64,000 nt of DNA, taken from Dendrobates tinctorius. Its lineage: Eukaryota. The position numbers and the translations under genes are program-made. The DNA lies in NCBI RefSeq assembly GCF_039654945.1, contig NW_027361706.1, forward strand, positions 21,824,001 through 21,888,000. The letters run 5' to 3'. The notes below the pieces were generated by a model that was not told the origin of the DNA, searched no databases, and saw only the letters and a program-made list of their open reading frames with translations. Numbering within the stretch: the stretch's first letter is position 1; each line of letters starts with the position of its first letter. This document shows, in pieces, positions 50,371-64,000 of this stretch.

Positions 50371-51701
50371 TAACTTGCTTAATGTTCTACCTTTTATATT
50401 ACATAAGCAAATTGTCTCTTTGGAGAGATAGAGGACTTGAACTCTAGTGGCAAGCCTAAAAGTCACTATTCACCCTTCAACGAGCCTTGTCATATGACTT
50501 AACATAAAAGCCAAACAAAAATCTCAATTTGAAGAGACGTGTTTCAGGCTGTTGCCCCTCCATCAGGGCAAAGCATATCTGATTTGGCTATAAGGGGCCT
50601 CTGAGAAGCCTTCTTACCCTGGCATCTCACTCTACACACGCTGCGGATTTTGCTGTGGTTCCGCAGCGGTTTTGGCCGCTGCGGACCCGCAGCAGTTTTG
50701 CTGTGGTGTACAGTACCATGATTCCCTATGGGAATCAAAAACCGCAATGCAGACGGTGCGGAATTTTCTGCGCGGATTATCTGCGGTTTTCAATCCGCGG
50801 TAAGAATTGACATGTCAATTCTTTCTGCGGATTCCGCTGCGGTTTGCCATCTCCTCCATTGAGGAGATGAAAAACCACAGGGCAATCCGCAGGTAAAACC
50901 GCAGGTCTTTTGACCTGCGGATTTTACAGAATCCGCACCTAAATCCGCAGCGTGTGCACACAGCTTAGACATTTCCCCATGATAGTGTGCGTGCAACGGG
51001 CCCATCAGAGTTGTTGTGCAAGGCTGGATTAGAGGTGTTGTGATGAATGAGCTCCAAGAATCGATAGATGGTGTGCACACAGGGTCCTGCAAGAGATTCT
51101 GCATTAAATGAAATGTGGGCAGGGTTTATATACACCCATGAGCAGAAAGGGCCTTATGCCTTGTGGGCTTTAGAAAGAGATGTGCCCAGGTGTCTAGTTT
51201 GATTGTTTCTCAGGTACTTGACATATATAGGGGGATTTCTGTGTAAAGGTGCTATGTGATAGAGCATAAAATGGGGATTGAGAAGGTAAAATTGATCCTG
51301 ATTTCTCCCAAAAGTATCATACAGTCAGGTCCCAGTCTCTCAAGTTTTCTGAGAACATGCACATGGCTGAAGGTGATTCTCTTAGGTTTAGAATGGGTTC
51401 CAAGGTCCTTACAAATGTGGTCTTCATGGAGTCCTTACATTTAGGAACTATCAAAAGGCTTTGGGACAGGTTCAAACTCCATTTGGCCTGAAGACAAGAT
51501 GTTCATCTCAAGAACAATGGTTTATATTCCAAAGCTACAGGGGTTGTGTACAGATGGCCCTTAGGAGAGGCCAGAGACAAGATGTCTATCTCAGGTGTAA
51601 TTGCACTATTTATCCTCAGAACAAAAGGCAATAAACCACAGGGCACCAATTATCTTTCTGCCTCACATGTTTTACAATCCCTCCCCACAGCCTCACTCTT
51701 G

Positions 51702-52000
51702 AGGGGGTTTTACACGTAGCAATATCGCTAGAGCATCACCGATTTTGTGACGCAGCAGTAGTATCGCTATGTGTGATACTGCTGATCGCACGAGATCGGC
51801 CGGGTCCATTTCTCGTCGGGCGCTTCCTGCTGGCGCCGACGAGCGACGGGGGTGTGTGAAGTGTAAGTAACGACCGCTGCTGCGTTGCTACATCGCTGTG
51901 AGGTCTGCCTGTTTGGCAGCTCACTAGCGACCATTTAGCGATGCACCAGCGATCCTGACCGGGTCGTATCGCTGGTGCATCGCTAAATGTAAAGGGGCCT
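51702..52000. mobile_element. Harbinger-type MITE (AGCGAT family)
   Basis: Reverse-complement similarity to 40640-41019. Confidence 0.7.
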
Positions 52001-52530
52001 TTGGATGTAGGCCTTTTGGTGACTTTTAACGATCTCCAGATTTCGTGGATTAAATTGTGAGTTCATTGTTCATGTAAGACATTGTACATGATGGCTTCCA
52101 ACAATCAGTGTGTTGGAAAAGATTCAGTGTTTGGGCTTTTACTTGATAGAAGCTCTGCATTTTTATTTTCTACACACTACCATAATAGGCTTTTTGTTGC
52201 AGTTTCAATAAAATCAGTGTTTTTATCATCTGGAGATTCACTACACGACCAGGCACCTCCCCTCCAGCCCAATGTGGTCCTCTGAAACAACCAGTTATTC
52301 CAAATGTTAGGTTTTTCTAAGCAGGTGAATGTTGATTTTTTATTATTCCCTTTTGGAATATTCTGAACCTTTTCTGCCTTACTGTTTTGGGGGGGGGGAA
52401 CCCAACAGTAACATTGGGCTTGGAACTATATAGGTCCAATTTTCAAAGACTGAATCAATGTGGAACGCATACGTCTCCTCCACTTGCGAGCCTTTGACTA
52501 ATGGAGCATAAGAATGGTTATAAAATTTAA

Positions 52531-55500
52531 CCCCTTCACCCCCAAGGGTGGTTTGCTCTGGCCAATTTTTACAATTCTGACCACTGTACCTTTATGAGGT
52601 CATAACTCTGGAACGCTTCTATGGATCCCGGTGATTCTGACATTGTTTTCTCGTGACATATTGTACTTCATGTTAGTGGTAAAATTTCATTCAAATAACT
52701 TGCGTTTATTTATGAAAAAAACGGAAATTTGGCAAAAATTTTGAAAATTTCGCAATTTTCCAATTTTGAATTTTTATGCCCTTAAATCACAGAGATACGG
52801 CATACAAAAAACTTGATAACTAACATTTCCCACATGTTTACTTTACATCAGCACAATTTTGGAACCAACATTTTTTTTTGTTAGGAAGTTATAAGGGTTA
52901 AAAGTTGACAAGCGATTTCTCATTTTTACAACACCATTTTATTTTTAGGACCACATCACATTTGAAGCCACTTTGAGGGGTCTATATGATAGAAAATACC
53001 CAAAAGTGACACCATTCTAAAAACTGCACCCCTTAAGGTGCTCAAAACCACATTCAAGTAGTTTATTAACCCTTTAGGTGCGTCACAGGAATTTTTTTGA
53101 ATATTTAAAAAAAAAATGAACATCTAACTTTTTTTCACAAAAAAAATAATTCAGGTTCAATTTTTTTTATTTTACCAAGGGTAACAGGAGAAATTGGACT
53201 GCAAAAGTTATTGTGCAATTTGGCCTAAGTATGCTGATACCCCACATGTGGGGGTAAACCACTATTTGGGCGCATGGCAGAGCTCGGAAGGGAAGCAGCG
53301 CCATTTGACGTTTTTGGCTGGAATTGAGATCGGACATCATGTCGCGATTGGAAAACCCCTGATGTACCAAAACAGTGGAAACCCCCCACAAATGACACCA
53401 TTTTGGAAACTAGACCCCCTAAGGAACTTATCTAGATGTGTGGTGAGAACTTTGAACCCCCAAGGGCTTCACAGAAGTTTATAACAAAGCCGTACAATTA
53501 AAAAATCATATTTTTTCCACAAAAATGATCTTTTCACCCTCAATTCTTATTTTTCCAAGGATAACAGCACCCTAAAAGTTATTGTGCAATTTGTCCTGAG
53601 TACGCTGATACCCCACATGTGGGGGTAAACCACTATTTGGGCGCATGGCAGAGCTCGGAAGGGAAGCAGCGCCATTTGACGTTTTTGGCTGGAATTGAGA
53701 TCGGACACCATGTCGCGATTGGAAAACCCCTGATGTACCTAAACAGTGGAAACCCCCCACAAATGACCCCATTTTGAAAACTAGACCCCCTAAGGAACTT
53801 ATCTAGATGTGAGGTGAGCACTTTGAACCCCCAAGGGCTTCACAGAAGTTTATAATGCCAGGGCATGAAAATAAAAATATCGTATTTTTTCCACAAACAT
53901 GATCAATTAGTCCCCAATTTTTTTATTTTCCCAAGGGTAACAGGAGAAATTGGACCGCAAAAGTTGTTGTCCAATTTGTCATGAGTACGCTGACGCCCCA
54001 TATGTGGGAGAAAACTACTGTTTGGACACACGTCGGGGCTCGGAAGGGAAGCAGTGCCATTTTGGAATGCAGACTTTGATGGAATGGTCTGCAGGTGTCA
54101 TGTGCGTTTGGAGAGCCCCTGATGTACCTAAACAATTGAAACGCCCAACAAATGACCCCATTTTGGACACTAGATCCCCCCCACGGAACTTATCTAGATG
54201 TGTGGTGAGCACTTTGAACCCCCAAGTGCTTCACAGAAGTTTATAACGCTCGGATGTGAAAATAAAAAAATCATTTTTTTTCCACAAAAATGATATTTTT
54301 GCCCCCAATTTTTTATTTTCCTAAGGGTAACAGGAGAAATTGGACCCCAAAAATTGTTTTGCAATTTGTCCTGAGTAGGCTGATACCCTACATGTGGGGG
54401 TAAAACCCTGTTTGGGCGCATGTCAGAGCTTGGAAGGGAAGGAGCACCATATGACTTTTTCAACTCAGAATTGGCTGGAATTGAGATCAGACGCCATGTT
54501 GCATTTGGAGAGCCCCTGATGTGCCCAAACAGTGGAAACCCCCAACTCCAACCCACCCCTAACCCTAATCTCAGCCCTAACCCTAGCCCAAGCCCTAACC
54601 GAAAAATGGAAATAAATACATTTTTTTTTATTTTATTATTTTTCCCTAACCTAGTGGGTGATAACGGCGGTTTTTATGTTTGGCAGCTGTCATACGCTAA
54701 AAGACGCTGTTTATTGTAAAAATAGTTTTTGCATCACCACATATTGAGCTATAATTTTTCCGTATTTTGACCCACCGAGTCATGTGAGGTCTTATTTTTT
54801 GCGGGACGAGTTGACGTTTTTATTGGTACCATTTTCGGGCACGTGACATTTTTTGATCGCTTTTTATTCTGATTTTTGGGACGCAGAATGAACAAAAACC
54901 AGCGTTTCATGAATTTCTTTTGGGGGGGTGCGTTTACACCGTTCCGGGTGCGGTAAAATTGATAAAGCGGTTTTATTCTTCGGGTCAGTACGGTTACAGC
55001 GATACCTCATTTAGGTCGTTTTTTTATGTTTTGTCAGTTTTATGCAATGAAAACTATTTTATATAAAAAATAATTATTTTTGCATCGCTTTATTCTGCGA
55101 GCTATAACTTTTTTATTTTTTCGCTGATGATGCTGTGTGGCGGCTCGTTTTTTGCGGGACAAGATGACGTTTTCAGCGGTACCATGGATATTTATATGCG
55201 TCTTTTTGATCGTGCGTTATTACACTTTTTGTTTGGCGGTATGATAATAAATCATTTTTTGCTTCGTTTTTTATTTTTATTTTTTAAGGGGTTCGCTAAA
55301 GGGGTTAACTAATGGGACAGTTTTATAGGGAGGATCGTTACGGACGCAGCAATACCTAATATGTGTACTTTTATTGTTTTGGCTTTTTTTATTTTCAAAA
55401 AATGAATTTATTGGGGAATATTTTTTTTTTTTTTTTTTTTTTTACTAATTTGGCGATTTTTTTAAAATTATTTTTACACTTTTTTTTTTTTTACTTTATT

Positions 55501-56029
55501 ACATAGTCCCAGGTGGGACATCACTGTCCTGTGACAGATCGCTGATCTGTCACATCACAGATCACTGTGACAGATCAGCAATCTGTCACAGGCATTGAAG
55601 AAGACTTCCTCTTGCCTGCGCTTTGCAGGCACTGAGGAAGCCAGCTTCCTCCAGGCCCCCGTCGCCATCTTGGATTCGGGGGCCTGGAGGAAAGGAGACC
55701 CCCGCAGCAGCGCTGCACCTTGCGCTGCCGTGGGGGGCTCAGGGAAGCACGGAGGGAGCCCCCTCCCTGCCGATGCTTCCCTTTAACTCCCGGTACACCG
55801 CGATCATGTTTGATCGCGGTTTGCAAGGGGTTAACGTGTCGGGGGCGGTCCATGACCGCCCCTGACACATAGTGCCGGGTGTCAGCTGTGATAATCAGCT
55901 GACACCCGGCCGCAATCAGCGGCGCTCACCACGTGGGCGCCGCTGATCGCGGTAGACGTACTATCCCGTCCATGGGCATAGGGGCCCGGGTCCCATGGAC
56001 GGGATAGTACGTCGGATGTCAGGAAGGGG
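52531..56029. mobile_element. 3.5-kb TTAA-flanked piggyBac-like non-autonomous element
   Basis: TTAA|CCCCTTC ... GAAGGGG|TTAA; ~3.5 internal ~380-bp tandem units (53177-54540); CCCTAA-like run at 54555-54600; no transposase ORF. Confidence 0.85.
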
Positions 56030-57199
56030 TTAAAGTCAAAGAAAAATTTGGTTAAAAAAAAAAATAAGTTGCAAAATTTGTAACTGGTTAAATAGTAAAA
56101 AAAAAAAAAAAAAAATGACTAGTCACTACCACTGAGGTCTGCACACTAGCCACTAGTTTTACTTACAGTTGTCGCTAAGACCACTTTGCTGCCCAAATAA
56201 AATTGCATTTTTTAGCTTTTTTGTAATTTCAGGAACACCTGCACCAATAATTTAGCAGCCATACAAAAGGATGCACTCAACAAATGTAAAACCTGCAATT
56301 TTTTTTTTTTTTTAAACCATGCCTGATCAGTGATGGTTTTCATTTTACATTTGCACCACTGTGCATCCTGTGATACTCCTAAATAGCTGGTGTTTGGATA
56401 GGTATTGCACCGTTAGAAAGCTGGAAAAAAAAAAAAAAAAAAGTCGCAGACAGGACATTCAATGTTTGCACTTTTTTTGCTCTTGCCCAAGTTGAGTGCG
56501 CATGCATGCGTGTCCTGCGGCCACTGTGCAGAGGTGTATCTAGGTTTTCTGGCACCTGGGGCAAGAATTCAGTTTGGCATCTGTGCATTTTAGCGGCATT
56601 GCACATTGCTAGACAGTGCCAAATTGATAGATGGGAAAAACTGATCTGAGAACAGCACCTGCACGACACATGTGGAAGTGGTGCAAGAGAACAAAAAGAA
56701 AATATGGAGGACAGATTGGGCTTGTAAGAACAATTAAGCAATTTAGTGCTGTTCTTGCGCAGACATACAGCCCTGGGGACTCAAACATATTATTCGAGCA
56801 CGCTGAAGACACTCGGTTAGCACCCAAGCATGCTCAGATAACACTTATCCCAGCATGTTCTCATCACTAAGGAATGGCTAAAAATTTTAATAATCAGCAA
56901 ATTTGACAGCATTTAGAAGCACTACCCCACCCAACAGAAGCCCAAGCACTCTGGTTTCCTACCACTTGCCAAAAACTTAGATTGTAAGCCCCAAGGGTGA
57001 CGTCTAAAGCGCCGCAGGATAGGATGACGCTGTACATGAGCAAAAAACACCCTTTTATGATAAACATGAAAAGCTTGGGTTAAATGTTTGGGTCATTTTC
57101 TGATAACCTTTACAAAATATGGATTTTATTTAAATAATTGTAATTAAAATGCATGGATAATATTAACAAATAATAAAACAGACTTGAAATGTATCATTT

Positions 57200-57205
57200 T
57201 TTATT
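57200..57205 (-). terminator. Candidate RAB43 polyadenylation signal
   Basis: Minus-strand AATAAA at the end of an AT-rich 3' UTR; another at 57125-57130. Confidence 0.5.
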
Positions 57206-57991
57206 TCAAATTTCTTTGCTGATAAATATATTTATATCTATTTAAGAAATACAAATTCCTAAGAAAATCGGTAACAAAAAAACCCAAAATATTCTGAAAT
57301 GTTATATTGCATCTTTACAGGATTGAAACATTGCACATTATTCCCAGTCTTGAAATGTTCTGTGGTTTTAACCAAAGTTTATAAAAATTAAGGAATGACT
57401 TCATGTGATAATTAGGCAAGAGGTCTGTCGAGAAATATTAAAATAGATTTTTCTCTTCAAGTTTTAAAACACTTTAGAAAAAACAATTTAGCAAAAATGC
57501 AAGCGGTCCTACGTGCAGTATTTTGTGGCCGTTTGCCACGATGTAGAATTACTTAATAGTATTAAAAGAAAAAAAAAAACAAAAACAAAAAACAAGTATC
57601 ACATTAGAACATCTGGGTTCTGAACCTTCAGAACAGCCCATAAGCTACAAGGCATTTGGTGTGGTTAATATACAAACTTACAGTGCACACGTCTCTTAAA
57701 CACAGTCTACATCACTGACTCGTGTGGAAACCAGTTCCACAACTTTTTCTGCTGCTGTCTCCCACCCACCCACTTCATGGTCATCTGCTCAGGTACTATA
57801 ATTTGTTTTATAGAAAAATTGAAAACATATGGCAGAGCGCTGCCGATCTGACGCAACAAGAGGTGTAACTCCTTTACTGGCATGCCCGCGTTACGCTCAT
57901 GTAATCTACGATCAGATTAATTGCAGGTAATTACACCAAACTAGCTACCTAACAAACATTAGAAGAAAAAAAACAAAACAAAAAACAGTTA

Positions 57992-58245
57992 TCAACAAGC
58001 ACAATTCCAGGAGTCTCCGGCCGCCATGTCTTTGCTGTCAAGTTTTATGCCGTCTGTGGCTTTTTCACTGAAAAGTGGACCGCCGTGCCTCATCATCAGC
58101 TCAGTCGCCATCTTCACAAAGGCTTCTTCCACGTTACTGGAATCCTTGGCAGAGGTTTCAAATGTGGTGAGGTCATAATGTTTGGCCAGGTTTTCAGCTT
58201 CTCCAAGCTGAACTTCTCGAAATTCATGCATGTCCGACTTGTTTC
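57992..58245 (-). CDS. RAB43: RAB43 last coding exon
   Basis: tctctacAG|; (G)[28 protein letters not shown] then TGA TAA; CXC prenylation motif. Confidence 0.96.
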
Positions 58246-58334
58246 CTGTAGAGACAGCAGGTAGTGAGGGTTTTATATACATTTCCAAGCCCAGTAATGT
58301 AAGAATTAGCTACTGAAATTCACATAATCACATT

Positions 58335-58558
58335 AGGATAGGTCCCCAGCTAAGGTGGTCACCTTGTTGTCGAGGATCGGTCCCCAGCTAAGAAGGTCAC
58401 CTTGTCGTCGAGGATCGGTCCCCAGCTAAGAAGGTCACCCTGTCGTCGAGGATAGGTCCCCAGCTAAGAAGGTCACCCTGTCGTCGAGGATAGGTCCCCA
58501 GCTAAGAAGGTCACCTTGTCGTCGAGGATAGGGCCCCAGCTAAGAAGGCCACCTTGTC
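58335..58558. repeat. ~39-bp tandem repeat, ~5.5 copies, in the RAB43 intron
   Basis: Unit GAGGATAGGTCCCCAGCTAAGAAGGTCACCTTGTCGTC. Confidence 0.93.
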
Positions 58559-59819
58559 ATGGCTTCTGGGCATGCATTAATTGGCCGACTTATGCGCCAA
58601 GTATCTTTGCCAATACCCCCCCCCCCCCCCCCCCACCACCACTTTCTAGAGCAGTAACGCAATTCCAATTTCTTATATGCATACAGCATTACAAAGTACA
58701 ACTTAGTCAGTCATGTATAGAGATGGCTACACTTAGTTTGCGCCTGTACACACCAGTCAGTTTTCTGTTTGGAAGTGACGGTCAATCTTGATATTTGCCA
58801 CACAGCCATTTTTCAATGTGTGCTTTAGTAATCTATTAAGTGATTTCATTGATAGTGTGACCGTAAAACTGATGACAAACCATCATCAAAACAGGATTAT
58901 GGTATAAGAAAGGTTTTTGTGGTCAATGATTTTGACTTAAAGAAAAAAAAAAATAAAAATGTTAGTGTCTTGGAAAATTGAGGACATACAATTAAAATAC
59001 AAAATTTGTTTGTTTTTTTTTTTTAAAAAGGCAACTTAACCCATTTCTTTGAGATCCATAACGTTGTGGAACAAGTTGTTGTACCACATAACGTACCAAA
59101 AAAAATAAAATTTAAAGTGAAAATGAGGTGAAGGAAAAATAAGTAATGGCTCCTCAAAGAAGGGGAGGAAGAACAAAAAAAACAAAAAAAACCAAAAAAC
59201 AAAGTACCAGGGTACTTAAGGGGCTAAAATTGAAATGGTTGGGGGGGTTAAAGGGAAAAAAAGGCCCTCCCTATAATTTATGGGCGATTTAATCGCATGT
59301 TGTACCTGCTTCTCCAGCCTTTGTTGGCCTCACAAGCAAATACAGTCTGGGCCTTAAGCCAAAATGTTGGTAAAATGAAGCTCCTTTGTTGCCCAACCAA
59401 CCAGATCCCAGCTATCATTTCTGATAAGTGAAAGCTGTATGGTGATTGGTTGAGAAAGACCTGACAGAACCCATGCAGCAGACAGATTACAAGACTAACT
59501 TGGGAGACTTCACAGATAATGGCTGCCTGCTGCCGCTTTTCTTCCAGAAATGCAGTGTCTTGGGCCGTCCATGTTGTGGATCTGGTATTGCAGGTCTGCC
59601 CCTCTGAAGAGAGTAGGGACTAGTTCCAATACCAGAGCGGCGCTGTTTGCTTGAAGTGTGTGTGAACACAAGTGTATTTGGAGCATTAACTTTACCCTAG
59701 ACCCTTCTTTTAATACAGCAGCTATTTGACCATATCCTAGTGTCGTGTTTATCATGGCTCCAGGCTTCTGCCAGGCGGCCATGAAGCATTTATGAAGAGT
59801 CAGTCAGTAGAAATCGGAT

Positions 59820-60457
59820 ATAAATACCAGGAGAAACACAAGAGCATGCGGTCAATTTTATGTATAAAAATATCCAAATTTTATTAAATACCAATAATAC
59901 AAAAAATATATATTTTAACAAAAGAGTGCTCATAAAACACGCAACGGGGGCCTCACTGCCGGGCTCTCCTCCTCCTCCCCGGTAAGCTACCCTATGGATA
60001 TTTTTGCAGTTTTGGGGATATTTATTCAAATGGAGTACTCCCGCCCTGCCCTCCATGCATTTTGCACCTGCATTTGTTTGGCCACTGATTTGCAGTGATT
60101 TGGCCTGTGGATGTTAATAGGGCATTATGACATGAGACACCACATGTGTTATACTTCCCTTCGTGGCATTCTTACCGGCTGGTTCCACCTAGGGTAGGTT
60201 GAGGGGTTGTTCCATGGGACATATTGTCCACATCTATTTATGAGCACTCTTCTGTTGAGAGATATAGATATATATATATATTTTTTTTTTGTATTATTGG
60301 TATTTAATAAAATTTGGATATTTTTATACATAAAATTGACCGCATGCTCTTATGTTTCTCCTGGTATTTATATTAGGTTTTGAGCTTGCATATGGTGTTG
60401 GAGCGCGTTTTTCTTCCTTGTCTCCATATCACCTTATACTTATGGGGTTTTCGTTGC
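59820..60457 (+). mobile_element. Penelope-like insertion with a short inverted arm
   Basis: 15-bp TSD CAGTAGAAATC(G/A)GAT (59805-59819, 60458-60472); 59820-59937 inverted relative to ~60236-60373. Confidence 0.65.
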
Positions 60458-61622
60458 CAGTAGAAATCAGATGTAGTATCCATAAGGGACCCTGCGTCCA
60501 CAGGACCTCCAATTACATTGACAGTCCTGCAGGTTCTTCTGTTTTACAACCCCCATCATTTCCATCACAACAGGCCACAGAGACCAGAAGCCCATGCTAC
60601 AAGAATGGGGGCCGATACCAATTCCCCTCATGTTAACCGTTTGTAGGCCAGTTTCAGCCATTGTAAACAATATCCTCCCACTTTTGAGCTGAAGACATCC
60701 TGGAGGTAAAGGGTCTGTGGCCAAGATACTCTGTCCCCCGTCCTCTTACAATCAGAGCAAAGGCATCAATGGAATGCCAGTTACAGTGAATGCCGGGGTA
60801 ACCCAATGATGTCTACATGAATCTCATATGGGAGGGAAAGAGGTGGATGGAAATCTAATAGTGTGGGGGTAGGACAGATTTCAGCTCTGAATATTACAAT
60901 TAAAGTCATAAATGGGTTAAAAAAAAAAAAAAAAAGCACTTGTAAGAACAAGCAAAAATGCTATTGTGTACTGCTCATTGCCTAGGTTACTGCCCGCCGC
61001 TGCAGTTTATCAGAGGTGGCCCGTTTCCTAGGTAAGGTGTTTTGCTATAGACCTTGCAAGCAATGCTCTGAAAACTCACAATGGTGGATCTGGCCTGCTT
61101 CTCCAATGGAGCAGGAGTGAGCACACCGGGAGTTACCTGCTCAGCCATGCTGCCAGTCTGAATTGTTAATCTCCACCACCCCCGAATGCCTGATAGACAA
61201 TCCCTGCATGTGTTGCAGTTGTTGAAGAGCCGCAAGACATGCAGCCGCAGGGACTCGAACATAGTAGTCGAGCACGCCGAAGTCACTATTAACGCACAAG
61301 TCAGAGCACGTTCTCTTACCACTAGACTTTGTGACTTTTATAATTTTTGAAAAAAGTGGACCCCAAAGTTTCAAAGTACTCACCCTCCTTCCCCGGTCCA
61401 GCACTAGTTCTCTGCTGCTCCGGTCATTGAGTTGTTTGCAGTGGTGAAGACATTTCAGCAGCTCACATCATCGCTGTAGCCAATCACTGAGCTATGCTGA
61501 TATACATGGCACTAGGAGCTGAGCTCAGTGATTAGCTGCAGCGGTGATGTGAGCTGCTCACGTCATCACCACTGCGGCAAGAGAAAGGTGTTGCTGGACC
61601 TGGTGAGGGCAAATACGATCTA

Positions 61623-61919
<297 letters not shown>

Positions 61920-62419
61920 TCATGTTAAGGAGCGAGTCGGTGCATGGATTCCCATACTACAGGTGAGGCATTAGTGGTCCAGATGGGTCTACAATTGCAA
62001 CAACAAAAAAATGGTCCAGAAATGCAAGTCTGACAATATGGGAAAAAAAAAGTAACAAGGAAAGCTGCAATTAATTCCTTTATTTGAAGGACCCATTCAC
62101 TTGAATTGGAGAGTTTGACCTGCAAATTGGATAGTCTATGAAGACCTGGATTAAAAAAAAACAAAAAAAAAAACAAAAAAAAAAAAAAACAGCAAATTCA
62201 CAAAGGCCCACAATCCGTGTGTTTTCTAAGCACTCGTGCCTTTTTGCGCAGTGTTAGAACTAAAACTTGCACAATATTTATATATATTAAAAAAAAAAAA
62301 AAAAAAAAAAGTGATCACAAGTTAGCCTTTTAATACAGAAAAAAAAAAAATTATATGATGGGGCGGTGGAGAACATTTGCACCAAGTGTGATATTTAAAA
62401 AATAAAAGTGAAAGTATTA

Positions 62420-62770
62420 AGGCCGTGTGCACACTATGCAGATATTCAGCGGATCCGCAGTGGATTTTTCCGTGCAGAAACGTTGCATATCCGCATTGTG
62501 ATGTACGTTAGTCAATTGAAAAAAAAAAAAAAACTGCAGATGCTGCGGATTTTTCTGCGCGGTTTTCTTGTGGTTCAAAATATGCAGCATGTCACTTTTG
62601 TGCGGTTTTCCACCTGCTCCATTCTCCAAATCCGCAGGGGAAAACCGCACAAAAACCACAAGAAAACAGGAAGAAATCCGCAGGAAAAATGCAGGTCATT
62701 TCACCTACGGATTTCCTCAATTCTGTGCGGAAAAATCAGCAGGGCTAAAAAGTACGTCTGCACTTAGCCT
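62420..62770. mobile_element. Harbinger-like MITE rich in TGCGGA/TCCGCA motifs
   Basis: AGGCCGTGTGCAC ... TGCACTTAGCCT; related copy at ~50630-50966. Confidence 0.6.
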
Positions 62771-63176
62771 TAGTGAAAACAAGTGGATTTGACCCACTGC
62801 GCCAGCACTGACATAAGTGCAGAGAACACACTTCCTTCTCGACGTCTCAATATAAAAAGAACGGGTTGTTGCTTCAAGCCATGATGTGGAGATCCAGTGC
62901 CAGACACTGACATTACACAGCAGGAAGTGGTGGTGAAAGCCATGCAAGTATTACACAAGATTCATGCAACTTCCAGCCCCTGTAGCCATTCAGCAAAACA
63001 CCAAGATGTGTCAGCGTGTGTCTGGTGAAGTGAGTCCAGTTAGAGAAAGGAGCGACAAGTCTGTATATAAAAAAACGGAAAATATTTAGAGAGTTGCTGG
63101 CAACCCATAGCAAAGACCTAAAAAAGGTCAGGATTCCAGAAGTAATAAAAAAAGGAAATAAAAATAAGTCTCAAAC

Positions 63177-63207
<31 letters not shown>

Positions 63208-64000
63208 CAACTTACCCCCATGTGTGTTTCGCCAATCTTTATCAGAAGTTGCTTGAAGATTGATGAAAACATGTTCGGCAATTTAATCTCATTTTCTAAT
63301 GCCTCTATGCCCCATTTAAAGAGGAGCTGTCACCAAGAGAATAAGGATCCCGCTGCGTACCTGAGTAATTGTTAAGTTTTTTAATCCAATACAGGACTTC
63401 AGAGATCTGGGCGTTTTTATTTTGTGCTACTTTTTAGGGCATTTACCAAGGAGGCATTGTTCACAGGGCAATTCTATGGAGCAGCTTAAAGCCCACTGGG
63501 CATCAGGATTTTGTCACGTAAACTACAGACAGTGTCAGGTCGGTGTCACTATACTGATGAAAATAATGCCTTGGTTGATGAAACCTGCCTTGTGGTGGTT
63601 GTTTAATCTTTATTTGTAGTTTTCAGTTAGTGAGATTCTCGTGCGCCGGGGTGGCCTATAGGGGGGGGGGGGGGGGGGCCTTCATATGGTGCTCTGGCCT
63701 CAGTTATCCTTGTGGGCTTAAACGACAGGTCACTGACTGCCTCATTTCGAACACTGCGCTTGCACAGTTAATATGGTGGCCTTAAAATATATAAAAATAA
63801 CTTCAGCAAAATGGCGCCGTAGCATGGCATTTGCAGATTAAGTGTCACTTGCCAATAGATGCTGCCATTTTGTTGGAGACAAATGATTTTGCTTCACTAC
63901 GAATACCTAATCACAGCACCACGTGAAGACCTCCCCCCCCCACCCGAAGCACGAGCATGTCACTAACTGAAAACTCCAAATAAAGATTAAACAAGAACCA

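Noticed and set aside
47940-52500. Additional host gene between HDHD5-like and RAB43
   Set aside because: Only short ORFs with no recognisable homology or coherent exon chain; appears to be decayed repeats.
54555-54600. Relic of a chromosome fusion (interstitial telomere)
   Set aside because: Short, degenerate and internal to a transposon present twice in the window.

Overview
Vertebrate genomic DNA. The TE repertoire points to an anuran, probably a hyloid or dendrobatid-type frog (inference). Three spliced protein-coding genes were reconstructed from splice sites and reading phase: (1) the last five coding exons of ISY1 (+, 897-20562); (2) a complete 8-exon HDHD5/CECR5-family HAD hydrolase (+, 27334-44761, 441 aa) with a CpG-island promoter, one U12-type intron and one GC-AG intron; (3) the last two coding exons of RAB43 (-, 57992-61901). 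The rest is mostly mobile DNA. One ISY1 intron holds a ~10 kb nested stack: a pogo-like MITE containing a Tc1 (itself interrupted by a solo LTR, a hAT MITE and a CR1) and a full-length DIRS1 retrotransposon whose RT active-site codons were hit by an L1-type fragment. The window also has Penelope-like insertions with inverted arms and hammerhead-like motifs, TTAA piggyBac-like elements carrying telomere-like repeats, Harbinger, hAT and Kolobok-type MITEs, V-SINEs and several minisatellites. Most long ORFs in the track are repeat artefacts. The best leads are the HDHD5-like gene lying between ISY1 and an oppositely oriented RAB43, a possible in-frame ISY1-HDHD5L read-through, and a candidate spliced divergent lncRNA. 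I cannot support a wholly new biological system from the sequence alone.
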